A stretch of DNA of 60,000 bases from Felis catus (Eukaryota). The stretch is taken from NCBI RefSeq assembly GCF_018350175.1, contig NC_058368.1:30134001-30194000 (forward strand). Reading direction: 5' to 3'. The stretch's first letter is position 1; each line of letters starts with the position of its first letter. The notes beneath the pieces are model-generated. The model was given only the letters and a program-made list of their open reading frames with translations. It made no database searches and was not told the origin of the DNA. This document shows, one piece after another, positions 1-11,601 of this stretch. The position numbers were made by a program, and so were the translations under genes.

Positions 1-1538
1 ATACTGGCTTCATAGAATGAGTCTGGAAGTTTTCCTTCCCTTTCTATTTCTTGGAATAGCTTGAGAAGGATAGGTATTATCTCTGCTTTAAACGTCTGGT
101 AGAACTCCCCTGGGAAGCCATCTGGTCCTGGACTCTTATTTGTTGGGAGATTTTTGATAACCGATTCAATTTCTTCGCTGGTTATGGGTCTGTTCAAGCT
201 TTCTATTTCCTCCTGGTTGAGTTTTGGAAGAGTGTGGGTGTTCAGGAATTTGTCCATTTCTTCCAGGTTGTCCAATTTGTTGGCATATAATTTTTCATAG
301 TATTCCCTGATAATTGTTTGTATCTCTGAGGGATTGGTTGTAATAATTCCATTTTCATTCATGATTTTATCTATTTGGGTCATTTCCCTTTTCTTTTTGA
401 GAAGCCTGGCTAGAGGTTTGTCAATTTTGTTTATTTTTTCAAAAAACCAACTCTTGGTTTCGTTGATCTGCTCTACAGTTTTTTTAGATTCTATATTGTT
501 TATTTCTGCTCTGATCTTTATTATTTCTCTTCTTCTGCTGGGTTTAGGCCGCCTTTGCTGTTCTGCTTCTAGTTCCTTTAGGTGTGCTGTTAGATTTTGT
601 ATTTGGGATTTTTCTTGTTTCTTGAGATAGGCCTGGATTGCAATGTATTTTCCTCTCAGGACTGCCTTCGCTGCGTCCCAAAGCGTTTGGATTGTTGTAT
701 TTTCATTTTCGTTTGTTTCCATATATTTTTTAATTTCTTCTCTAATTGCCTGGTTGACCCACTCATTCGTTAGTAGGGTGTTCTTTAACCTCCATGCCTT
801 TGGAGGTTTTCCAGACTTTTTTCTGTGGTTGATTTCAAGCTTCATAGCATTGTGGTCTGAAAGTATGCATGGTATAATTTCAATTCTTGTAAACTTATGA
901 AGGGCTGTTTTGTGACCCAGTATATGATCTATCTTGGAGAATGTTCCATGTGCACTCGAGAAGAAAGTATATTCTGTTGCTTTGGGATGCAGCGTTCTAA
1001 ATATATCTGTCAAGTCCATCTGATCCAATGTCTCATTCAGGTCCCTTGTTTCTTTATTGACCGTGTGTCTAGATGATCTGTCCATTTCTGTAAGTGGGGT
1101 GTTAAAGTCCCCTGCAATTACCACATTCTTATCAATAAGGTTGCTTATGTTTATGAGTAATTGTTTTATATATTTGGGGGCTCCGGTATTCGGTGCATAG
1201 ACATTTATAATTGTTAGCTCTTCCTGATGGATAGACCCTGTAACTATTATATAATGTCCTTCTTCATCTCTTGTTACAGCCTTTAATTTAAAGTCTAGTT
1301 TGTCTGATATAAGTATGGCTACTCCAGCTTTCTTTTGGCTTCCAGTCGCATGATAAATAGTTCTCCATCCCCTCACTCTCAATCTAAAGGTGTCCTCAGG
1401 TCTAAAATGAGTCTCTTGTAGACAGCAAATAGATGGGTCTTGTTTTTTTATCCATTCTGATACCCTATGTCTTTTGGTTGGCGCATTTAATCCATTTACA
1501 TTCAGTGTTATTATAGAAAGATATGGGTTTAGAGTCAT
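1..1538 (-). CDS. LINE-1 ORF2p, 5' part (APE endonuclease, linker, start of the RT-proximal region); partial at window edge
   Basis: Manual translation from the ATG at 1538: [18 protein letters not shown]...CCLQETH...VYAPN...GDFNTPL...TFSKIDH...SDHN...[16 protein letters not shown]...PDSFYEAS, with no stop or frameshift seen. It is absent from the ORF track because no stop lies inside the window. Confidence 0.95.
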   Translation of the reverse strand, partial: MTLNPYLSIITLNVNGLNAPTKRHRVSEWIKKQDPSICCLQETHFRPEDTFRLRVRGWRTIYHATGSQKKAGVAILISDKLDFKLKAVTRDEEGHYIIVTGSIHQEELTIINVYAPNTGAPKYIKQLLINISNLIDKNVVIAGDFNTPLTEMDRSSRHTVNKETRDLNETLDQMDLTDIFRTLHPKATEYTFFSSAHGTFSKIDHILGHKTALHKFTRIEIIPCILSDHNAMKLEINHRKKSGKPPKAWRLKNTLLTNEWVNQAIREEIKKYMETNENENTTIQTLWDAAKAVLRGKYIAIQAYLKKQEKSQIQNLTAHLKELEAEQQRRPKPSRRREIIKIRAEINNIESKKTVEQINETKSWFFEKINKIDKPLARLLKKKREMTQIDKIMNENGIITTNPSEIQTIIREYYEKLYANKLDNLEEMDKFLNTHTLPKLNQEEIESLNRPITSEEIESVIKNLPTNKSPGPDGFPGEFYQTFKAEIIPILLKLFQEIEREGKLPDSFYEAS

Positions 1539-1588
1539 TGTGATGTCTGTATGTTTTATGCTTGTAGTGATGTCTCTGGGACTTTGTC

Positions 1589-2482
1589 TCACAGGGTCCC
1601 CCTTAGGATCTCTTGTAGGGCTGGTTTAGTGGTGACAAATTCCTTCAGTTTTTGTTTGTTTGGGAAGACCTTTATCTCTCCTTCTATTCTAAATGACAGA
1701 CTTGCTGGATAAAGGATTCTCGGCTGCATATTTTTTCTGTCTAGCACCCTGAAAATCTCGTGCCAATTCTTTCTGGCCTGCCAAGTTTCAAAAGAGAGAT
1801 CAGTCACGAGTCTTATAGGTCTCCCTTTATATGTGAGGGCACGTTTACCCCTTGCTGCTTTCAGAATTTTCTCTTTATCCTTGTATTTTGCCAGTTTCAC
1901 TATGATATGTCGTGCAGAAGATCGATTCAAGTTACGTCTGAAGGGAGTTCTCTGTGCCTCTTGGATTTCAATGCCTTTTTCCTTCCCCAGTTCAGGGAAG
2001 TTCTCAGCTATTATTTCTTCAAGTACCCCTTCAGCACCTTTCCCTCTCTCTTCCTCCTCTGGGATACCAATTATGCGTATATTATTTCTTTTTAGTGTAT
2101 CACTTAGTTCTCTAATTTTCCCCTCATACTCCTGGATTTTTTTATCTCTCTTTTTCTCAGCTTCCTCTTTTTCCATAACTTTATCTTCTAGTTCACCTAT
2201 TCTCTCCTCTGCCTCTTCAAGCCGAGCTGTGGTGGTTTCCATTTTGTTATGCATTTCGTTTAAAGCGTTTTTCAGCTCCTCGTGACTGTTCCTTAGTCCC
2301 TTGATCTTTGTAGCAAGAGATTCTCTGCTGTCCTGTATACTGTTTTCAAGCCCAGCGATTAATTTTATGACTATTATTCTAAATTCACTTTCTGTTATAT
2401 TATTTAAATCCTTTTTGATCAGCTCATTAGTTGTTGTTATTTCCTGGAGATTCTTCTGAGGGGAATTCTTCCACTTGGTCAT
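1589..2482 (-). CDS. LINE-1 ORF1p (RNA-binding chaperone, 297 aa)
   Basis: ATG at 2482 ([11 protein letters not shown]...), coiled-coil region, RRM motifs [12 protein letters not shown] and RHIIVKL, C-terminal YPASLSF...[10 protein letters not shown], stop at 1589-1591. The ORF track's start at 2521 is a non-ATG upstream extension. Confidence 0.95.
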   Translation of the reverse strand: MTKWKNSPQKNLQEITTTNELIKKDLNNITESEFRIIVIKLIAGLENSIQDSRESLATKIKGLRNSHEELKNALNEMHNKMETTTARLEEAEERIGELEDKVMEKEEAEKKRDKKIQEYEGKIRELSDTLKRNNIRIIGIPEEEERGKGAEGVLEEIIAENFPELGKEKGIEIQEAQRTPFRRNLNRSSARHIIVKLAKYKDKEKILKAARGKRALTYKGRPIRLVTDLSFETWQARKNWHEIFRVLDRKNMQPRILYPASLSFRIEGEIKVFPNKQKLKEFVTTKPALQEILRGTL

Positions 2483-3405
2483 TTTGGATAGTCCCTGGCG
2501 TGGTGAGGACCTGCAGGGCACTTCCCCTGTGTTGTGGTGTATAACTGGAATTGGTGGGCGGGGCCGCAGTCAGACCTGATGTCTGCCCCCAGCCCACCAC
2601 TGGGGCCACAGTCAGACTGGTGTGTGCCTTCTCTTCCCCTCTCCTAGGGGCGGGATTCACTGTGGGGTGGTGTGGCCCGTCTGGGCTACTTGCACACTGC
2701 CAGGCTTGTGTTGCTGGGGATCTGGCGTATTAGCTGGGGTGGGTAGGCAAGGTGCACAGGGGCAGGAGGGGCAGGCTTAGATCGCTTCTCCTTAGGTGAT
2801 CCTCTTCAGGAGGGGCCCTGTGGCAGCGGGAGGGAGTCAGATCCGCTGCCGGAGGTTTGGCTCCGCAGAAGCACAGAGTTGGGTGTTTGCGCGGAGCGAG
2901 CAAGTTCCCTGGCAGGAACTGGTTCTCTTTGGGATTTTGGCTGGGGGATGGGTGGGAGAGATGGCGCTGGCGAGCGCCTTTGTTCCCCACCAAACTGAGC
3001 TCTGTCGTCAGGGGGCTCAGCAGCTCTCCCTCCCTTTGTCCTCCAGCCTTCCCGCTTTCCGAGCAGCGCTGTTAACTTATGACCTCCCAGACGCTAAGTC
3101 GCGCTTGTTGTGGGAACACAGTCCGTCAGGCCCCTCCGCTTTTGCAAGCCAGACTCGGGGTCTCTGCTTGGCCGGCGAGCCGCCCTTCCGCCCCGGCTCC
3201 CTCCCGCCAGTCCGTGGAGCGCGCACCGCCTCGCCGCCCTTCTTACCCTCTTCCGTGGGCCTCTCGTCTGCGTTTGGCTCCAGCGACTCCGTTCTGCTAA
3301 TCCTCTGGCGGTTTTCTGGGTTATTTAGGCAGGTGTAGGTGGAATCTAAGTGATCAGCAGGACGCGCGGTGAGCCCAGCGTCCTCCTAAGCCGCCATCTT
3401 GCCGC
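2483..3405 (-). promoter_or_regulatory. L1 5'UTR internal Pol II promoter with YY1 site
   Basis: CpG-dense segment upstream of ORF1; ccgccatcttg at 3391-3401 is the reverse complement of the YY1 motif typical of L1 5' termini. Confidence 0.85.
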
Positions 3406-3407
3406 TT

Positions 3408-5255
3408 CAAAAAACAAAATATTTTTAAATAAATGTAACAAAAAACATAAAAGATTTGTATACTGAAAACAATAAATATTCCTGAGAAAAATTTAAAATT
3501 CTAAATAAAGAGATATACCGTATTTATGGATTGGCACATTCAATATTGTTAAGATGTTAATTTGCCCCAAGTTGAATTCAATGTAATGACAAACAAATTC
3601 AATGTAATGACAACCAAAATTATAGAACTCATTTTTGTAAAAATTGAGAATCTGATTCTAACATTTACACAGAAATGCCAAAGGATAGTAAAACAACAAG
3701 AATAGCAAAGACAATTTTGAAAAAGAAATTGGAGGATTTATAGAAGGCTTCATGACCTTCTATAAATGCTATAGTAATCAAGACAATATGGAATAGTCAA
3801 AGGGTAGACAGACTCAATGGAACAAAATGGAGAATCCAGAAATAGATCTACATGTATATGATCAATTCATTTTGACAAAAGTAACAAGGTAATTCAATGG
3901 GAAAGGGATAGTCATTTCAACAAATGGTACTGTTACAATTGGATATCTATCTTAGAAAAAATAAACCTTGGCCCACAGTCTATACCATACAGAGAAATTA
4001 ATTCAAAATAAATCACAGATCTAAATGTCACAGATAAACTACAAAACTTCTAGGAGATCATGTGGGAAAAAATATGTGTCAGCTTAGGATAGGCAAACAT
4101 TTCCTAGATAGGACACAAAAAGCACTAATCTTCAAATTTAAAAATGGTAATTTGAACTTCACCAAGATTAAAAACTTCTTCAAGATATACCGTTAAGAAA
4201 ATGAAAAACAATCCAATGGCTGGAAAAAATATTCATGCATATACATATATCTGACAGAGAAATCATAATCAGAATATACAAAGAACTCTTATAATTCAAC
4301 AATGAGAATGCAAACAACCCATTAAAAATGGGAAAAGGTCTTAACACTCTACAAAATAAAATATATAAAGAACATAATACACATTAATAATAAGGAAGAC
4401 AATCCATTAAAACAGGAAAAAGACCTGAACAAACACTGCACCAAAAGAATATGAAAACTGTCAAGAACAAGTCTATCAAAAGATGCTCAACATCATTATT
4501 CATCAGGGAAATGCAAATTAAAACCACAGTGAGATACCACTTCACACATACCTGAATGCAAAAATTTTAAAAGACTATGAATATCAAACGTAGGTGAGTA
4601 TGTGGAACACCAGGATACCTCACACATTGCTAGTGAAATGCAAAGTGGCACAACCGTTATGGAAAACAGTTTGTCAGTTTCATGTGAAATTAAACATGAA
4701 CTTACTATATGCCCTAGCAATTGTACTTTAAGGTGTTTATCCCCCATTCTTTCAAAATAAAATGTCCACTAAAGACTGGTAGACTGATGTTCACAGTAGC
4801 TTTATTCACAAGAGCCCCAAATTGTAAACTATTCAAATGAACTCAAATGTGCACACAGGTGAATGATATATTCATACCTGTATATTCATACAATAGAGTA
4901 CTACTCAGCAATAAACAGAAAAGAAATACATGGAATAACATGGATGCATCTCAAAAATGTACTGAGTGAAAGAAGACAGACACAAATGAGTACATGATGT
5001 ATGATTCCTTTTCTATGACATTTGAAAAAAGGTACAACTAACAGGGATGCAGTTCAGATCAGAGGTTGCCTGGAATGTAACTGACAGCAAAATAATACTG
5101 AGGGAACTTTCTGGGGTTGATGGAAACATTCTACATCTTGACTGAGGTGATTTCACAGTGCATACGCTTGCCAAAACTCATTGAGCTGGGCACTTAAAAT
5201 GAGTGGATTTTATTGTATGTAAATGATGCTTTAATAAAATTAATTTAAAAATTTC
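3408..5255 (+). mobile_element. Ancient degenerate L1M (L1MB/MC/ME-type), 3' ORF2 and 3'UTR
   Basis: A-rich decayed ORF2 3' sequence (e.g. catcagggaaatgcaaattaaaaccacagtgagataccacttcacac) ending in a typical old-L1 3'UTR and aataaa near 5233. Confidence 0.85.
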
Positions 5256-5504
5256 AAATCCTTTAGTGATAAAAATAGCAAAAAAAATCCAATAGCAAAA
5301 ACAATAGTAAGCCATGAGGAATGTCTTATTAAGTTTTCTTTTTATTGAAGAAAAATAATTTATTACTCATCTTTATTCAGTTATGAAGGATATAAAATAC
5401 TGAATTGTAGTATCATAAAATTTAAGGAGAGTGCAAATTTCGATTCAAATACAACGATGATTAAATCTTTTCACATTAACGAATTTAAACTTTACAAAGG
5501 AGAG

Positions 5505-5648
5505 AGAGATATTAACTGTCCTATTGTTATAATGGAGAAAATGAACTAAGAGAGGTTAAATAGCTTACCTAGAGTCACAGTAAAGAAATTGAGATTCCAA
5601 CTCAGGTCTTTTGGCACTAAATCCAATGCTCTTTCTACTACACTATGT
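5505..5648 (-). mobile_element. MIR SINE fragment
   Basis: Reverse MIR core gagaggttaaatagcttacctagagtcacag...caggtcttttggcactaaatcc. Confidence 0.7.
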
Positions 5649-5924
5649 TGTTTGTTTTCTCATGCATCCCTTTTAAAATATGTTGAATAACCAAAGTTAG
5701 CAATGTCTTTTCCATTGCTAGGCCTTAGGTTGCATTTCCTTTGATGTTATCAGATTTTGAAAAAGGCTTTTTCACTTGACACTGAGTTTTTGTTTTTATT
5801 TTTGTTTTTTTTCCAGAAATCTTCCCAATCATTACTTTTCCAGAGATGTGGGGGATCTTTATCTTTCTTGCAAAAGGTATGGAATCTTTGAACAGTCAAA
5901 TTAAATAGAGTCTTATAAAGCATT

Positions 5925-7050
5925 TCCTCTCCCCAACTTACATTGCTGATGAGAGTAGAAGTTGATACAGTATTTCTGGAGGGTAGTTTGGCAATAGGCA
6001 TCAAAACTCTTAAAATCTGGTATATTCTTGAGCTGAGCAATTACTCTTCTGGGAATTTATCCCAAGGAAATTATCAGAGATATGTGTATGGGTTTATGTG
6101 CACGGATGTTCATCACAGCATTATTAACAATAGCAAAAAAATTGGAAACAAGATAACTGTTTGTGTCAGAGACTTTTTTTTTTCTTCCATCATCACATCT
6201 TTTTTTCCTCAGCAATAACTCTGGTTTTGTAGATGGGCACATTGCCACCCAGTAAAGCATTCATACATTGGCCATCCCTTGTAGCTAACTTGTGGCTATT
6301 GGAAGTGTTGTGAGTCAACATTCACTAAGATGTCTCTGTTCTTTGGCCATTTCTCTTTGGCTTACTGGATTCTGGATGTAATGGTTAGATCTGAACCATT
6401 TTAGAACACAAGGCAACGCTTTAAGGATGGCAGAATAACAAGAAGGAGCCTGGGTACTGAGGGAATGTCCGTGCATGCCTTGAGACTTAATTTGCATGAA
6501 AGAAAATAACCTCCAATTTAGTTTAAGCACTATATTTACATTTTCCTGTTAGAAATAGCCAAGCTTAATCAACCAACGCTATGTTCAACGGCAAAGGAAT
6601 GGATAAATTATGATATATACATAGGGTATAATACCAAGCAATTGTTAAAATGACATCATATATCACTCCATTAACATGAAATAATTTTCACAGTGTAAGA
6701 CTAAGACACAACAATAGGCTACATTCAAAAGCAGGATATGAACAGTATTTGTAAATATAATTTTTGTTGTATATGTACATATACATGTGTGTACATGTAT
6801 ATATAGATGTTTTTCTGTGTGCACATATATCTTTTATCTCCCTCTCTATATAGAAAATATTATATATAAATATACACATGTAAAATATAAAATATAAATA
6901 ATAATAATAATACATGATATAAAATGTTGCCAGCTGTTATGTTTGAATAGTGTCATTAGAGGTTTTTTTAAATGTGAGGTTTTCTTGTGTTTCTCACATT
7001 GGGCATGTATTACACTGGTTATAAGAGAGGAACAGCTGTCAAAATAAAAC
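5925..7050 (+). mobile_element. Old L1M 3' fragment interrupted by an MLT1 LTR
   Basis: L1-like cttctgggaatttatccca...gatgttcatcacagcatt resumes after 6580 with ggaatggataaattatgatatatacata. Confidence 0.6.
6160..6580 (+). mobile_element. MaLR solo LTR (MLT1J/K-like)
   Basis: Motifs ggatggcagaataacaagaaggagcctggg and 3' aaataacctcc...gtttaagcacta...ctgttagaaatagccaa. Confidence 0.65.
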
Positions 7051-7602
7051 ACTCTTTTTCCGAAAACGAAGCAAGTTTAAGTGTGATTCACTAATTTTAA
7101 ATAAAAAGGCTATATATCATAACATAAATAAAAGAAATAGAAATTAAATATTGAGGAAGTCTTTTACAGTGTGCATTTTAAAATATGTACTGCCGTTGCA
7201 TATCTTGTTATATTGATGCATGAGTGGTTATGATTACTCTTTAAAACTGTGCGCAAGCCAATTATTTAGTAGATGGGTGAATGTATATACTTTATAGCTT
7301 TTACTCAAATAAGATGTGAAGCACAGGGACATTCTAAAGATGACATCTAGCGGTTGCTGTGGTAACCTTATGGGCTCAATTTAGTAATCTTTTATGTCAA
7401 TTTCTAGAGTTGGAATTGGCATATTCTTAGCTTTAACATACAGGAAGGAGACCGCGATCGGTGGTATTAACCCTTACAGACTGTATTTGTGATTGCTATT
7501 CGGCGTTAAAGAGAGTAGTCAAGTCACAGTAGAGGTGTTGAAGAACAGCCCGAAAATGATTAAAGGAATCTAAAACTTATCTTAGAATTGTCATGGCAAT
7601 TA

Positions 7603-7939
7603 TTTGCAACTATGTGGATGGAACCGGAGGGTATTATGCTAAGTGAAATGAGTCGGTCAGAGAAAGACAAATATCATATGACTTCACTCATATGAGGACT
7701 TTAAGAGACAAAACAGATGAACATAAGGGAAGGGAAACAAAAATAATATAAAAACAAGGAGGGGGACAAAACAGAAGAGACTCATAAATATGGCGAACAA
7801 ACTGAGGGTTACTGGAGGGGTTGTGGGAGAGGGGATGGGCTAAATGGGTAAGGGGCACTAAGGAATCTACTCCTGAAATCATTGTTACACTATATGCTAA
7901 TTTGGATGCAAATTAAAAAGAAAGAAAGAAAGAAAAAGG
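7603..7939 (+). mobile_element. 5'-truncated carnivore L1 3' end with target-site duplication
   Basis: L1 3'UTR plus (GAAA)n tail, flanked by the direct repeat attgtcatggcaatta at 7587-7602 and 7940-7955. Confidence 0.92.
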
Positions 7940-7999
7940 ATTGTCATGGCAATTAAAAAACAACTGTCATTCCAGGTAAAAATAAAAATTTGTGATTAT

Positions 8000-8260
8000 T
8001 ATAGAACACTTACAATGCAATTAGCACAATGCTTAGTGCTTTATAAACACCATCTCATTTACATCTGTTCCCTGACTTAAACCTTAGAAGAGTTCTACAA
8101 AGTGGTATGATCGCTGTTATTTTATAACAAAAAAACAAAACTGAGACTTAGAGAGTTTAGATGAGTTGTTCAAAGCCACATGGTCAGGGTATGGTGGTGC
8201 CAGGATTCACACCCAAGTCATCTGCCCACACTCTTAACCCCTGCTCTATGCATCATCCAG
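8000..8260 (-). mobile_element. MIR SINE
   Basis: aaactgagacttagagagtttagatgagttgttcaaagccacatgg...ggattcacacccaagtc matches the reverse MIR core. Confidence 0.7.
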
Positions 8261-8639
8261 GCGTTTGCCTATGATACCTGGTCTGGGTCTGTCATAAAGG
8301 TTCCCTTTAAGGGAGACACCACAGCAACGCTGGCTTATCTAATCTAGTCTGAATCAGCCAAATTTACTAAACAACCACTTTGAGCATGATACTGTTGCTA
8401 TTTACAAACGTATGATGGGCCCTTCTTATGACATGAAAGTGCACAGCCAAGCTTATAAAAAACACTATGCCATATCGTAATTTGATTTGGGAGTTGAGCT
8501 CTGTAGTAAGGCAGAATGGCAGAAGTGGGGGAAAGCTAATTACAGTGTTGGAAGACACGCAGTGGAGAGACGCATTACAGCTGAGGCAGCAAGAAGGCAC
8601 TTTCCCCCAAGAGCTGACCTTTGAACAAGCTCTCAAGCC

Positions 8640-8780
8640 TTGCTTCTCAAAGAGCAGCCATGGAGCTACATCAATGGCTTGTTGGAAGTACAGAATCCCA
8701 CGTTCTATCCGAGACCTAGATCTAAATCTGCTTTCATACAGGTGATTTGCAGCCGCATTAATGTATTAAAAGTACCGCTT
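8640..8780. mobile_element. MER5-like hAT-Charlie DNA transposon remnant
   Basis: gcttctcaaag...gcttgttggaagtacagaatccc...caggtgatttgcagccgcatt resembles MER5A. Confidence 0.5.
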
Positions 8781-9179
8781 TAAAGAACGCATAGCATGGT
8801 AACAGCACATGCAGAAGGAACCACACTGTAGGAACAGAGAACAACAACGTGAGCAAAGCACAGCAGTAGGAATAAATAAAACAGTTCAGGGCAATCTCCT
8901 ATCTAGTTGCACTGGAGCATAAACAGTGGAGTGCACGATATTGAGTGGTAGAAAGATAGGTAGGGCTGAATTCACAGAGGGTCTAAGAGCTGTATCTTGT
9001 TTTAGAGGTAGTGGGGATAACTAAACATTTTTGATCAGGAAATGATAATTTTTATTTAATAGCCTCTTTAAATATATAAAGAAAGTTTTGTGATAGATTT
9101 AGAACTTAACTTTTGTGTCATATGTGATTCTTTCGTATATTCCCTTTTACCTTCACACTACCAAATGGTATTACGATTG

Positions 9180-9360
9180 TTATTATTTAACACTTACTTT
9201 GAGAAAGAGGAGGGGAGGGGCAGAGAGAGAGGGAGAGAGACTTCCAAGCAGGCTCCGCGCTGTCAGCGCAGAGCCTGATTCTGGCTCGAACGCACGAAAC
9301 GTGAGATCATGACCTGAGCCGAGACCAAGAGTCAGAGGCTCAACCGACTCAGGAACCCCC
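9180..9360 (-). mobile_element. Can-SINE (SINEC, older feliform type)
   Basis: Reverse tRNA-derived body gtgagatcatgacctgagccgag with a GA-rich tract. Confidence 0.88.
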
Positions 9361-9420
9361 AAATAAATATATTACTAATAGGTGTTAAGTTTATGGATTA
9401 AAAGAGAATGGGGTGCGGTT

Positions 9421-9702
9421 TTCCATAAGAGATTCTTAAATACAGAGAAGAACCTGAGGGTTGCTGGAGGGGTGCTGGGTGGAGGGATGGGCTAAATGGG
9501 TGATGGGCATTAAGGAGGGTACTTGTTGGGATGAGCACTGGGTGTTATATGTAAATCATGAATCACTCAATTCTACTGAGATCATTAATACACTGTATGT
9601 TAACTAACTTGGATTTAAATAAAATTTAAAAATTAAAAAAATGAAAAAAAAGTAAAGTAATACAAGAGTACTGAGCACCCCTCCTCCAAAAGAAAAAAAA
9701 AA
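9421..9702 (+). mobile_element. 5'-truncated carnivore L1 3' end with double A-tail
   Basis: L1_Carn-type 3'UTR (gagggttgctggagggg...gggatgagcactgggtgttatatgta), aataaa, and two A-rich tails; imperfect flanking repeat at 9400-9414 and 9703-9717. Confidence 0.88.
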
Positions 9703-11392
9703 AAAAGACAATGGAGTAAATCCTGAAGTCAAGCAGGAACACTTGAGAATTCTATAGCCATCGCCCATTCACTGTGAAGGGTTGGATGGTTAAATTGACC
9801 TGGGAGATTTAAAAGCGTACAGCACGTTGTCCTTCAGGAATAGATGGGGCGAGCAGATGAAGTATTGTCCTGCTGTATTTTGCATTGGTCAGGCACTCTG
9901 CTCTCAGGCTGAGAAGGGACCTCAAATCCCTCCTCCAGCCTCCTTTGATGAGGTTTCTGGGAGAGACAGAAGCTATTTTGTAAAGCTGTCAGCTGTCCTG
10001 AATCAGGGAAATAGCTAAAGCAGCCAGGAACAAGAGAAACAGATAAGAGGTGAATTCTCAGGAACGAGGGGGAGCCTTGTCTGCCTTGGATTAAAAGCAG
10101 AAGGGAAGAGGATTTTGGAAGGAGGGGCTGAGTCGACTGATGGAATCTTCAGCTGCAGGCTGACAGCAGTGTTACAGAGACAAAATGAGTCAACAAAGAT
10201 ATCCAGTGGTTGGTTGAGAGACAAAGGACAAGGGACGGATAGGTGCAGCTGGATGCAAAACGTTTCATGTTGGGGTGGCTGCATTTATCAGGGAGGGTGA
10301 GCTGGAGGGAAAAGGCGAAAGATAAATGAATCAAACTTTCTGTTCCTGCATGTTGGGCCCTGTTAAGTAGGACATTCTTTTGTTTCCACCAGTTGGTGAC
10401 TTAATCAGGTCCCATGGGGAAGCTGAAAGACTGGTATAGGATCTTGGAAAGATGTGCACTTCTCCCAGTCAGGGCTGGGTATAACGGCTCATGATCTGAC
10501 AACCCATCTGATACACTTGACATCCCCTGACACATCTAATGACAAAGAGCTGCAATTAAAAACATTTAAAAAACCCATCTGGAAAAGGGAAAAACACACA
10601 CAATGGCCATTGCCCATAGCATCTCCATAGTGTCCTCAAAACATCTACTCCAACGAACTAGTCTACTAGGTCTCTGTAACAGGCTCTGTGCCTGTCCTTC
10701 TCCACAACTTGTTCACATCACTCCCAGGGTTTGTGTGTCTTTGGCAGTTCTGGCTGCTTGTGATTGTACCCGGAAACTCTTGAGATCGTTTCTTGTTTGC
10801 GCTTGATACAACTTTCTCTTTGTCATTTGGCACTTGTGACCTTCTCTGAACTCTGATGGTTTTATTTTTTAAATGTTTCATTATATTCTTCTACAAAGCT
10901 GTGAGCTTTATCGTATTACCAATATTTGATCCAATATCTGTTGGTAAAGGCCCCGAAAGTGCTTTGACTACTGTGAGCGTGAGCGTCTGTGTAGAGTGGG
11001 GACAGAGGTTCAGCTAAGAGGGAGAGAGAGGAAGATAAAATAAGGCACAGATAAAAAGTTTCTTCTCGATCTTTATTCTTTTATTCTCTTCTTGCTTTGC
11101 TACAATCTCTGGATGGGGGGCAGGTTTTCTCTCTACAGGGTGATGAGAATACAAACTATGATCCTTGAGCCAATGACTGAAGTCAAGCACCAAAGTCAGT
11201 TTCGTTGGCTCACTTGGGGTTTGAGACATCCCCGAAACAAAAAGGTAAGGTATTTTTAATTATGCATTGATTTACTGTCCTTCATGCAGCTAGAATAATA
11301 AAATCAGCAATTTAAAAACTAGTCTTACGTGGTATTTTAAGATTATATAGTTTTGACGATATGTTTATTAACATAATGATCCTATGGGAAAC

Positions 11393-11601
11393 TTTTTTTT
11401 TTTTTAAAGTTTATTTATTTTTGGGACAGAGAGAGCATGAACGGGGGAGGGACAGAGAGAGAGGGAGACACAGAATCGGAAACAGGCTCCAGGCTCTGAG
11501 CCATCAGCCCAGAGCCCGACGCGGGGCTCGAACTCACGGACCGCGAGATCGTGACCTGGCTGAAGTCGGACGCTTAACCGACTGCGCCACCCAGGCGCCC
11601 C
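11393..11601 (-). mobile_element. Young feline SINEC_Fc
   Basis: CpG-intact body ending ccaggcgcccc; TSD ctatgggaaacttttt at 11382-11397 and 11602-11617. Confidence 0.96.

Larger units (their letters stand above)
1..3405 (-). mobile_element. Young carnivore/felid LINE-1 (L1_Fc-like) with complete 5' end; continues beyond the left window edge
   Basis: On the minus strand: YY1-type start CAAGATGGCGG (3391-3401), ~920-nt CpG-rich 5'UTR, intact ORF1, 50-nt spacer, and ORF2 open to base 1. Confidence 0.97.

Noticed and set aside
334..2285. Plus-strand hydrophobic ORFs (334-630, 643-900, 1760-2095, 1833-2285)
   Set aside because: Antisense shadows of the A-rich L1 ORF1 and ORF2.
7530..7585. Possible L3/CR1 fragment (aagaacagcccgaaaatgattaaagg)
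   Set aside because: Too short to support without an alignment.
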